From positions 2,542 to 66,541 of the forward strand of contig DAIRTE010000001.1 of the NCBI GenBank assembly GCA_036804025.1: a stretch of DNA of 64,000 bases, given 5' to 3'. Position 1 is the stretch's first letter; every line of letters starts with the position of its first letter. Both the position numbers and the translations under genes were made by a program. The stretch comes from Clostridia bacterium (GTDB taxonomy: Bacteria; Bacillota; Clostridia; Christensenellales; CAG-138). The notes beneath the pieces are model-generated. The model made no database searches. It was not told where the DNA came from and was given only the letters and a program-made list of their open reading frames with translations. Positions 18,187-26,714 of the stretch are shown piece after piece.

Positions 18187-18453
18187 GTGGTTCAGAAAGA
18201 ATTTACAATCTGCAATGAGGTTGGTCTGCACGCGCGGCCGGCGTCCGAGCTTTGCGCGTTATGCAAGCAGTTTGAAAGCGAAATCAAAGGGAACACGCAA
18301 AAGAAAGCGTTTAATCCGAAGAGCGTGATCAGCATTCTGACCGCCGAGATCAAAAAAGGCACGAGCATTACCATTGAGGTCAATGGCGCGGACGAAGAGC
18401 AGGCGATGATTCGACTCACGAAGTTTTTCGACGGGCTGGCCGGAGAGTGTTGA
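18187..18453 (+). CDS. ptsH: phosphocarrier protein HPr
   Basis: 88 aa, GTG start after aaggag. GLHARPA carries His15, and Ser46 is present (NPKSVIS). Confidence 0.92.
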   Translation: MVQKEFTICNEVGLHARPASELCALCKQFESEIKGNTQKKAFNPKSVISILTAEIKKGTSITIEVNGADEEQAMIRLTKFFDGLAGEC

Positions 18454-19196
18454 CGAGCGCACAAGGAGACGAAGGATTGACAGACGAAACAGATGCGGCT
18501 TTGACAAACCGCTATGCCATCTTTGATATGGATGGCACGCTGATAGACTCCAACCCTTGGCTGTCCAAGGTGAGCGGCCGATACCTGGCCAGACGGGGGC
18601 TGCCACCAAACGAAAAATACGAAAATCTAGCCGCCGGCATGGTCTTTGAAGATTTTTGCCTGGCCATACGGGACTATGCGGGCGATCATAACCCACTGGA
18701 AGCCACCATTGATGAAATCAACGGATATACGTCGGAAGTGTATACGAAGTGCGACATTCCGGCGAAACCATATGTGCGGGAGTATTTGGAACTGCTTCGG
18801 AAGAACGGCGTTCGCATGTGCGTTGGCTCGGCAACCGAGAGAGACCGCATTGAGTCCGTACTCCGGCGGCTGTCGCTAAGAGACTTTTTTGAGTTTGTCG
18901 TTACGACTGTCGACGTGGGATGCGGCAAGAATAAGCCGGATCTTTTTATCGAAGCGGCCAAACGATTTGGCGTGAATGACTACAGCGGCGTTACGGTGTA
19001 TGACGATCATCTGCCCGCCATGAAGGCCGCAAAGTCGGCGTGTTTTCGTGTGGTTGGTGTTTATGACAAAGTTGGGGAACAGCAGGTCGAAGTGGCAAAG
19101 GAAGTATGCGATATTTTTTCGTATGATTTTGAAGCGCTTACTAAAAGGATTGTCAGCCGAGAGCAAGGCGCAGATTCGAAACGACAAGAGGGATGA
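18447..19196 (+). CDS. HAD-IA family phosphatase (beta-phosphoglucomutase-like hydrolase)
   Basis: DxDGT motif (AIFDMDGTLIDS), GSAT, and GKNKPD...YDDH. The ORF opens at GTG 18447, overlapping the ptsH stop. TTG 18477, 8 nt after aaggag, is an alternative start. Confidence 0.85.
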   Translation: MLTSAQGDEGLTDETDAALTNRYAIFDMDGTLIDSNPWLSKVSGRYLARRGLPPNEKYENLAAGMVFEDFCLAIRDYAGDHNPLEATIDEINGYTSEVYTKCDIPAKPYVREYLELLRKNGVRMCVGSATERDRIESVLRRLSLRDFFEFVVTTVDVGCGKNKPDLFIEAAKRFGVNDYSGVTVYDDHLPAMKAAKSACFRVVGVYDKVGEQQVEVAKEVCDIFSYDFEALTKRIVSREQGADSKRQEG

Positions 19197-19210
19197 TAAG
19201 GAGAAGACAT

Positions 19211-20953
19211 ATGCGAACAGGGGTGGCGGCTTCGCCCGGCATAGCAATTGGGAGAGCCTATCGATATCTGAAAAATGCGATTGCCATCAATGAGAACACG
19301 CTTCGAGAGGATGAGATCGAAGCGCAAGTGCAGGTTCTGGACGAAGCGCTGGTCAAAACGAAATCGCAGCTGACCGACTTATGTGCATACGCTTCGGAAA
19401 AACTGGGGAACGACAAAGCGAAAATATTCGAAAGCCACCTGGACATGATCGAGGACGAGGAGCTGATGAATGATATTCGTCAGAACATCGTTGATAAGCG
19501 TATGTTTCCGGATGCGGCGGTTCAAGCTGCGGTAAAGAAATATACGGAACTCTTCGGCCAGATCGAGGATGCATACATCCGTGAGCGAATTGCAGATATT
19601 CAGGATGTCTGTTCCCGGTTGATGAATAACATCTGCGGCGTTCCAACGATGTCCCTCAACCAGGTGACGGAGGAATCGATTGTAATCGCGAAAGACCTCG
19701 CACCGTCGGATACGGTGCAACTCAACAAAGCCGTCGTCAAAGGATTCTGCACGGACGTAGGCGGATTTACATCGCACACGGCCATCATGGCAAGGACGCT
19801 TGGAATTCCGGCTGTCGTTGGCTTGCAGAACATTACAGACGACGTTTCAGATGGTGATATTATCATTGTTGACGGCGGCAAGGGGCAGGTACTGATCAAT
19901 CCGAATCAGGCGCTGCTTCGGCAATATGAAACGCGAAAGGCGACGGAAGAAGCGGAACAACAGGCGCTCAGAAAACTGATTCATTTCCCAGCTCAGACCA
20001 GCGATGGCGCACGAACGGTTGAGCTTGCAGCGAATATCGGATCGATTGAGGACTGCGAAGCAGCATTGGAGAACGGCGCAGAAGGTGTCGGTTTGCTCCG
20101 TACGGAGTTCTTTTACATGGGCAGAAGCACTCTGCCAAGCGAGGAAGAACAGTTCCGAATCTACAAGAGCATACTCCAGAAGATGGCGCCTCATGCGGTA
20201 AGCATTCGAACGCTGGATATCGGCGGCGATAAGAAAACCGCATGTATCGAGATTCCGGAGGAGGAAAATCCGTTTCTTGGTTGGCGCGCGATCCGAATCT
20301 GTCTGGAACGTACGGATATTTTTAAAACGCAGTTGCGCGCGATTTTGCGGGCCAGCCACTTTGGAAAAGCGCGAATCCTGTTTCCAATGATCTCTGATTT
20401 ATCCGAAATCAGAAGGGCGAAAGCAATCCTGAATAGCGTAATGCAAGAGCTGGACTCGCAGAAGATCGCATACAACAAAGAGATCGAAATTGGAATTATG
20501 ATCGAGGTGCCTGCGGCAGCAATCGCCGCGGATCTCCTGATTCAGGAGGTAGATTTCTTTAGCATTGGAACCAACGATCTGGTTCAGTACACGCTAGCAG
20601 TCGATCGGATGAACGGGAAGATTTCCAATCTTTATAAGCCTTTGAACATTGCCGTTTTGCGGTTGGTGAAAAACGTCGTTGCCGTTTCGCATGACGCGGG
20701 GAAATGGACCGGGATGTGCGGCGAACTGGCCGGATGCACCGAAGCGACCCCGATTCTGTTGGGACTCGGACTGGACGAACTATCGATGAGCAGCGCCTCC
20801 CTGTTGAAGGTGAAGAGCGCGATTCGCTCCTGCACTCTTGCGCAGGCACAAGCGATTACAAAAGAGGCGTTGAGCCTAAACGAAACGGAGAAGATTGAAG
20901 CTCTGCTGGCGCAAGTAAGCGAGCAACTTTCGCTTACGAAAGAACGGGATTAG
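19211..20953 (+). CDS. ptsI: phosphoenolpyruvate-protein phosphotransferase (PTS Enzyme I)
   Basis: N-terminus MRTGVAASPGIAIGRAY, active-site GGFTSHTAIMARTLGIP, and C-terminal PEP-utilising domain (GTNDLVQYTLAVDR). ATG 19211 follows aaggagaag; the ORF is open from 19193. Confidence 0.95.
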   Translation: MRTGVAASPGIAIGRAYRYLKNAIAINENTLREDEIEAQVQVLDEALVKTKSQLTDLCAYASEKLGNDKAKIFESHLDMIEDEELMNDIRQNIVDKRMFPDAAVQAAVKKYTELFGQIEDAYIRERIADIQDVCSRLMNNICGVPTMSLNQVTEESIVIAKDLAPSDTVQLNKAVVKGFCTDVGGFTSHTAIMARTLGIPAVVGLQNITDDVSDGDIIIVDGGKGQVLINPNQALLRQYETRKATEEAEQQALRKLIHFPAQTSDGARTVELAANIGSIEDCEAALENGAEGVGLLRTEFFYMGRSTLPSEEEQFRIYKSILQKMAPHAVSIRTLDIGGDKKTACIEIPEEENPFLGWRAIRICLERTDIFKTQLRAILRASHFGKARILFPMISDLSEIRRAKAILNSVMQELDSQKIAYNKEIEIGIMIEVPAAAIAADLLIQEVDFFSIGTNDLVQYTLAVDRMNGKISNLYKPLNIAVLRLVKNVVAVSHDAGKWTGMCGELAGCTEATPILLGLGLDELSMSSASLLKVKSAIRSCTLAQAQAITKEALSLNETEKIEALLAQVSEQLSLTKERD

Positions 20954-20984
20954 CCGTATCAACTGGGAATGAACTCGCTATTTT

Positions 20985-21009
20985 GCCGATGCAAGTGCGT
21001 CGGCTTTTT
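20985..21009 (+). terminator. rho-independent terminator ending the PTS operon
   Basis: 8-bp stem gccgatgc/gcgtcggc (one G-U pair) with an AAGT loop, followed by ttttt (21005-21009). Confidence 0.6.
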
Positions 21010-21090
21010 CCGTTTCTGAACTCAAAACCTCGCTTGGAAGCAAACAGCCATGATGTCGAAGAACACCGAAAGCATTGCCTGAAAGACGAT

Positions 21091-21711
21091 TTAATTCGGC
21101 GTGCAAATATACCAGGATGCGCGCGTGTCTACTTCGATTACGGTTACCTCCGAAAAGCATTTCTCCATTTCGGAAACACAGTTTTCCATTTCACTCTTTG
21201 GGTTTTTGATGAATTGAAAATAGTCGCCTCGTTCCAGCCATTCAACCAACGATGTCAAAAGCGACCGTTTCTGGTTATAATCGTAGAGGATCACCTTGCT
21301 TTTTGTCACCCGGCGCATTTCGGAATAGAGCTTGATCCGTTCGTTTTTCTGCATTCCATGGGCAACATAGGAAGCAATCGAAAGATCAAAAGACCGATCC
21401 GCGAACGGCAGCCCCTCCAGGGCGTTTGCTTGCAGAAACCGGATGCTCCCGTTCTCCGGCTGCCGCCTGGCTATCGCGAGCATCTTCTGCGCGGGATCAA
21501 CACCCGTAACCGCCAAACCGGATTCGGAGAGGACGGAACAAAGGGAACCCGTGCCGCAGCCGACGTCAAGAATGCTGCCGAACGACGCGAGGTCGAATTC
21601 TGTCGCCATGTTGCGAATCACTTCGCGATAGCGCTTCTTCTGCCGGTTGTAAAACAAGCCGTAGACCGGTGCTATGGCATTAAACAGAAAGTTGCTATTC
21701 TTTTTGCTCAT
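21091..21711 (-). CDS. class I SAM-dependent methyltransferase
   Basis: SAM motif I ILDVGCGTGSL and a post-I acidic residue. Start set at ATG 21711 (MSKKNS), preceded by gaggtg. The ORF is open to 21798. Confidence 0.85.
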   Translation of the reverse strand: MSKKNSNFLFNAIAPVYGLFYNRQKKRYREVIRNMATEFDLASFGSILDVGCGTGSLCSVLSESGLAVTGVDPAQKMLAIARRQPENGSIRFLQANALEGLPFADRSFDLSIASYVAHGMQKNERIKLYSEMRRVTKSKVILYDYNQKRSLLTSLVEWLERGDYFQFIKNPKSEMENCVSEMEKCFSEVTVIEVDTRASWYICTPN

Positions 21712-21886
21712 AGAAACGCACCTCTTTTTAACGTTTGCTCGTAATACGCCGTCGTCTGTCCTCATTCTAGCAGAATCGATCAAAAGAAGAAAACGCAAAC
21801 CATTTCATTCAAGCGTTGAGTTGCCCCTCAAAAGAGAATCGAACCCCGAATACGGGTATTGAAAGAACGAAACCTGCCAGGAAGCG

Positions 21887-23092
21887 TTATTTTTCCACGC
21901 TGGCGCCCGCGCGTTGGCTTCTGCAAGCGCCCGGCGTTTGCCCGACAATCTTTCGAAAGCACTGCACAAAGTGGCTTTGCGAACAAAATTGATAGAATGC
22001 GGCAATATCCGCAATTGGTTCGCTGCTGTGACGAACAAAATACTCCGCCTCTTCAATTCGCCTGCGCACGATATAGTTGTGAATGGTTTCGCCCGTTTCG
22101 CGCTTAAACAGCCCGGAAAGATAGTTTGCGTTGTGATAGACGGCGGAGGCAATGTCGGAGATGGAAAGCGGCTCGCTCAGGTGCGCATCGATGTATTCCA
22201 TCGCCTGGTTTACGGTTGCCGAGTGGCGGCTGCCGCGCGCGGTTTGGACGCGCGTGGTAAAACACTCGATCATCTCCGCTTCGAAGTCGGCGAGGTGATT
22301 TGTCGTTGGCGCCGCTTCGATGCGCTGGATGAACGCATCGCTGAGCGTGAAGGCTTCGTCCGGCTTGACCCCGCCGGAGATGGCGGCGCGCGCCATAAAC
22401 GTGCAGCTGCAAATCAAAGAATTCTTCAGGGAACGCACCGGCGTGTTGGCAAGCTTTGCGCGTGGGAGGCGATTGATATCCCGCAGAATGTGCTTTGAGC
22501 TGACGGTGTCCCCGTTTGCAATCATGCGGCAGATTTCCAGCTCGATGGCATAGGGAACATGTTGAAACTGACGCGTGCGGTAGTCCATTGTCTGAGAATA
22601 GTATCGGTCGTCAATCGGCGCTCCGGTGTCCGGCTCGACTTCGGTTAAATCGGAGAGCGTTTGTTCGCTGGAGAACAGCGTCTCGAGTAACTTGCCGGAG
22701 TAAAAGAGGGTTCGGTCGTCCAGCAATGGACAGGACGGGTAGTACGCCGCCAGTTCCGCCTTGCAGCGAAAAGGCAGAACGCCCGCGCGAATCAGCCGGG
22801 CGAGCCACTCCGGCTGGATGGGCTTTTGCAGCACGGGGCCGGCGCGCAGCAGGATATCGTCCTGCGCGGCCAACAAAAAAAAGGTTTCGAACGCGGGGGT
22901 GCTCAGATATTGCACCGTTCGATCGTTTGGGTACGGCACGGGAAAAAGCGACAGGTCGTTTGCAATTCTTGCGGCGCAGGGAATCGTCTCCGGCAGGCTG
23001 TAAACGACGTCGTCACGAACCAACATTTCAACCGGAATACCGGTCGCATAGTGAAACATGCGCAGCAGATGAATCCGCGTTTCCGTATTCAT
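21887..23092 (-). CDS. AraC-family transcriptional regulator
   Basis: 401 aa. The C-terminus has the double HTH of the AraC/XylS type (ISDIASAVYHNANYLSGLFKRETGETIHNYI...FCSQSHFVQCFRKIVGQTP). Divergent from the ABC/GH65 locus. Confidence 0.88.
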   Translation of the reverse strand: MNTETRIHLLRMFHYATGIPVEMLVRDDVVYSLPETIPCAARIANDLSLFPVPYPNDRTVQYLSTPAFETFFLLAAQDDILLRAGPVLQKPIQPEWLARLIRAGVLPFRCKAELAAYYPSCPLLDDRTLFYSGKLLETLFSSEQTLSDLTEVEPDTGAPIDDRYYSQTMDYRTRQFQHVPYAIELEICRMIANGDTVSSKHILRDINRLPRAKLANTPVRSLKNSLICSCTFMARAAISGGVKPDEAFTLSDAFIQRIEAAPTTNHLADFEAEMIECFTTRVQTARGSRHSATVNQAMEYIDAHLSEPLSISDIASAVYHNANYLSGLFKRETGETIHNYIVRRRIEEAEYFVRHSSEPIADIAAFYQFCSQSHFVQCFRKIVGQTPGACRSQRAGASVEK

Positions 23093-23264
23093 GATCGAAT
23101 TCCTTTCCGGATATAGTGAATATTATAATACAAAAGTGATAATATTAATAGAACAGATGTATCGACAACCCATATAATGAGTGTATCAACCAGTCGCCCG
23201 GCTCAACATTTCAACGGGCAGAATCATCCAACCATACAGACAATTGAACAAGGAGGAAGAGAAG

Positions 23265-24536
23265 TTGAAAAAGATTCTTGGTATTTCACTGATGCTGATG
23301 ATGGTGTTTGCGTTGCTGACAGGCTGCGCTACGACACCGGCAACCACCGCGCCTGCCGCCACCGAAGCGCCCGCGGTGACCGAAGCGCCCGCGGCGACCG
23401 AGCAGATGCCGGCGGAACGCACCGTCATCAAATTTGCCGCGCAGGCGGATAGCACCCCTGCGACGCAGGCTGTGGTCGACGCCTATAACGCTTCACAGGA
23501 GCTCTATACCGTGGAGTGGATTGACATGACGAACGACTCCGGCGCAATGCGGGAGCAGATTCTGACCAGCATGCAGGCGGGTTCCAGCGACTACGACGTG
23601 CTCTCCATGGACGTGGTCTGGGCGGGCGAGTTCGCGGCGGCCGGCTACATTGCCCCGATCGACCAACTCATGCAGGCGGATGGACTCAAGATTTCTCAGT
23701 TCAACGCCGGTTCCATGACCGCCGGCAACTATAGCGCAAAGCAATATACGCTGCCATTCTTCCCCGATCTGGGCCTGCTCTATTTCCGTAAGGACATCGT
23801 CTCGGCGGAAGACGCCGCGAAGCTCGTCGCTGGCGACTACACCTATGCGGACTTGCAGGCAATGGCCGAAAAGTATATGGGCCAGGGCGGCACCACCGAC
23901 GGCATCGTCTTCCAGGCGAAGCTGTATGAAGGCCTCGTTTGCAACCTGACCGAGTACACCGCCGGTTGGACGGATGTGGAAGGCGGCCTCGTCGCGCTCA
24001 AGGCGATGGTGGATTCCCCCGCGTCGCCGGTTGACATTCTCAACTATTCCGAAGGCGAAACGCACAACAGCTTTATCAAAGGCGCAAGCGTGTTTGCCCG
24101 CAACTGGCCGTACCAATGGGGCATGATTGCTTCGGAAGGCACGATTTCGCAGGACGTTGTGGACGTTGCTCCGCTGCCCGGCGGTTCAACGGTCGGCGGC
24201 TGGCTGCTTGGCATCAACAAGAACTCCGTCAATCAGGAAGGCGCCTGGGACTTCATGAAGTTTGTTGCGACGGATGGACAGAAGATCATGTCCGTTCAGG
24301 GCGGCTATCTGCCGGGTTATAACGAGATGCTGACCGATGCGGACGTCATTGCCGCAAACGCCATGCTCTCCATGACCGGGTTCCAGAACGCGCTGGCAAC
24401 CACGATTTCCAGACCGGTTTCGGCGCATTACTCCGAAACTTCGGACGCGATCATGAATGCGGCGCATGCTTACCTCTCCGGTGAGATGGAGCTTGCCGCA
24501 ACGGTGGATGCGATTACCACCGCTCTGGCGAACTAA
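23265..24536 (+). CDS. ABC transporter sugar-binding lipoprotein (family 1 SBP)
   Basis: TTG start after aaggagg. Signal peptide with lipobox LLTGC, then a T/A/P/E-rich linker and an SBP fold pattern. The ORF is open from 23181. Confidence 0.88.
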   Translation: MKKILGISLMLMMVFALLTGCATTPATTAPAATEAPAVTEAPAATEQMPAERTVIKFAAQADSTPATQAVVDAYNASQELYTVEWIDMTNDSGAMREQILTSMQAGSSDYDVLSMDVVWAGEFAAAGYIAPIDQLMQADGLKISQFNAGSMTAGNYSAKQYTLPFFPDLGLLYFRKDIVSAEDAAKLVAGDYTYADLQAMAEKYMGQGGTTDGIVFQAKLYEGLVCNLTEYTAGWTDVEGGLVALKAMVDSPASPVDILNYSEGETHNSFIKGASVFARNWPYQWGMIASEGTISQDVVDVAPLPGGSTVGGWLLGINKNSVNQEGAWDFMKFVATDGQKIMSVQGGYLPGYNEMLTDADVIAANAMLSMTGFQNALATTISRPVSAHYSETSDAIMNAAHAYLSGEMELAATVDAITTALAN

Positions 24537-24550
24537 CGTTTCGAACAAAG

Positions 24551-24590
24551 GCGGCGCTCCACCAATGCGGGTGCGAGCGCCGCTCTTTCT
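24551..24590 (+). promoter_or_regulatory. stem-loop after the SBP gene (attenuating terminator or mRNA stabiliser)
   Basis: 9-bp stem gcggcgctc/gagcgccgc plus inner cacc/ggtg pairing, followed by tctttct. Sits between the SBP and permease genes. Confidence 0.4.
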
Positions 24591-24628
24591 GCAAAGACTT
24601 CCGTGGAGACCGGAAAGGGAGGCTGCCT

Positions 24629-25849
24629 ATGCGAAAGACCATAACGGCAAAGCAAGCGGCATTTTTACTGCCCTTGTTTCTGCTTCTGGCCGTATTCGCG
24701 CTATATCCGATTATCTCGTCTGCCGTCTACTCGCTCTTTGACTACCGTACCAACGACCAGCAGGTTGCCGGACTCTATACAAGCGGAAACTTCAACGCGC
24801 CGCTCTTTACAGAGGACTGCGGGTACATCAACTGGTTTTTGGAGGACGACATCACCCTCTTGAACGAGGCGGATCAGGCCGAGCTGCGCGCCGCAATGGC
24901 GAGGGTGGATGAACTCTCTCTGCGATACGCCGCCATCGGGGAGGTTACGAAGCTCTCCGCTGCGGAGGCGAACCAGATAGCGGGCGAAGTCGAGGGGATC
25001 AAAGTCGCCATGCAGGCGGTGTATGAACGAAACGACGGGGTCTCGTTTTACAACGGCTGGGATAAGCTCAACACGATTTTTACCGAGATGGACAGCTGCC
25101 TGATCAAGAGTAACTTTACCGGGTTGGCTGCCTATGGAAAGCTCTTGAGCGATACGCGCTTTTTCCATTCCCTCAAGAGCACGGCAATCTTTACGGCCAT
25201 CTCCGTGACGCTGGAACTGATCTTTGGCATGGCGCTTGCGCTGATTATGAATCAAGCGATCAAGGGAATTGGCGGCATTCGAACGACCGCGCTGATTCCC
25301 TGGGCAATTCCAACCGCCGTCTCCGCGCTCATGTGGAGCTATATGTATGACGGCAGCAGCGGAATCGTCGCAAAGATCTTTACCGATATCGGGCTGATTG
25401 CCTCGCCAGAGCTGATGCTACTCTCGGCAGGCGGCGCAATGACCGCGGCCATACTGGCGGACGTTTGGAAAACAACACCCTATATGGCACTGCTGTTGCT
25501 GGCGGGACTGCAAATCATCGATAAGGTGTTGTACGAAAGCGCAAAGATCGACGGCGCGGGCCCTGTAAAAACGTTCTTCAAAATCACGCTGCCGCTGCTC
25601 AAGCCCTCGCTGCTTGTTGCGCTGTTGTTTCGAACGCTGGACGCCTTCCGCGTGTATGACCTCATTGCGGTCTTAACCGGAGGGGCGCAGGGAACGGAAA
25701 CGCTCTCCATCTACGCGTATAAGCTCATGATTGCGCAGAACAACTATGGCTATGGATCGGTCGTTGTGTTGACCATGGCGCTTTGCGTAGGGGCAATTGC
25801 GTTCCTGTTTGTCAAGGTGCTCGGCGCGGAAATCGTGAAGGATGATTGA
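24629..25849 (+). CDS. carbohydrate ABC transporter permease (MalF-like, with a large extracytoplasmic loop after TM1)
   Basis: 406 aa. TM1, then ~130 hydrophilic residues, then a typical 5-TM core with the EAA loop (YESAKIDGAGPVKTFFKITLP). Confidence 0.88.
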   Translation: MRKTITAKQAAFLLPLFLLLAVFALYPIISSAVYSLFDYRTNDQQVAGLYTSGNFNAPLFTEDCGYINWFLEDDITLLNEADQAELRAAMARVDELSLRYAAIGEVTKLSAAEANQIAGEVEGIKVAMQAVYERNDGVSFYNGWDKLNTIFTEMDSCLIKSNFTGLAAYGKLLSDTRFFHSLKSTAIFTAISVTLELIFGMALALIMNQAIKGIGGIRTTALIPWAIPTAVSALMWSYMYDGSSGIVAKIFTDIGLIASPELMLLSAGGAMTAAILADVWKTTPYMALLLLAGLQIIDKVLYESAKIDGAGPVKTFFKITLPLLKPSLLVALLFRTLDAFRVYDLIAVLTGGAQGTETLSIYAYKLMIAQNNYGYGSVVVLTMALCVGAIAFLFVKVLGAEIVKDD

Positions 25850-25864
25850 GGGGAGGGAAAGCGA

Positions 25865-26695
25865 ATGAAACCGAATCGAATGACTAAAATTACCTCAACC
25901 ATCATTATTACGGCGTTTCTCATGGTGATGGTATTCCCGTTTTTCTGGATTCTCATCACGTCCTTCAAGCCTTCCAGCGAAATCTTCGGCAAGGACACGG
26001 CGTTCAACATCATCGCCAACAACCCGACGCTGATCAACTATAAAGCGGTGCTCGACAAAGGCATTCTCAACTCGGTGAAAAACAGCTTTATCGTCGCAAC
26101 GGTGACAACGATCTATGTTGTCAGCGTCGCAACCCTGAGCGCCTATATTCTGGCTCGTGTGCGCTTTAAGGGAAAAGGGCTGGTGCTGGGGCTGATTTTG
26201 AGCGTTTCCATGTTTCCGCAGATGGTTGTTGTCGGCCCGATCTTCAATATGTTTTACAAGCTCGATTTGCTCAACAGCTATTTTGTGACGCTGGCCTATT
26301 CCTCTATTACGCTTCCGGCGGCGGTCTGGATTATGGTTGCGCATTTCAAGCGGATTCCGCTTTCCATTGAGGAGGCCGCAAACATAGACGGATGCTCCCA
26401 GTGGCAGACGCTCTGGAAGGTGATCTTTCCAATTGCGCTGCCGGGCGTTTTTACGAGCGCCATCATGACGTTTATCGCGGCTTGGAATGAATACCTGCTG
26501 ACCATGACGCTGAATTCGGACAAGCAGTTTCAAACGGTGCCGGTGGCCATCAACGCGCTGCGGACGCAGTTTTCAATCCTCTGGGGGGAGATTACCGCCG
26601 CAACCGTCGTGGTCGTCATTCCGACGCTGATCATCGTGTTGCTGTTCCAAAAACAGATCGTTTCCGGCATGACGTCCGGCGCGGTCAAAGAGTAA
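25865..26695 (+). CDS. carbohydrate ABC transporter permease (MalG-like)
   Basis: 276 aa. EAA loop EEAANIDGCSQWQTLWKVIFP and a polytopic profile. Confidence 0.9.
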   Translation: MKPNRMTKITSTIIITAFLMVMVFPFFWILITSFKPSSEIFGKDTAFNIIANNPTLINYKAVLDKGILNSVKNSFIVATVTTIYVVSVATLSAYILARVRFKGKGLVLGLILSVSMFPQMVVVGPIFNMFYKLDLLNSYFVTLAYSSITLPAAVWIMVAHFKRIPLSIEEAANIDGCSQWQTLWKVIFPIALPGVFTSAIMTFIAAWNEYLLTMTLNSDKQFQTVPVAINALRTQFSILWGEITAATVVVVIPTLIIVLLFQKQIVSGMTSGAVKE

Positions 26696-26714
26696 AGACG
26701 CATCGTTTCAGCGC

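Noticed and set aside
21826-21870. GAATCGAACCCC, a reverse-complement T-loop-like GGGGTTCGATTC, which suggested a minus-strand tRNA or tRNA fragment.
   Set aside because: The flanking bases do not form a T-stem (cgggg vs ctctt). No acceptor, D or anticodon arms can be drawn.
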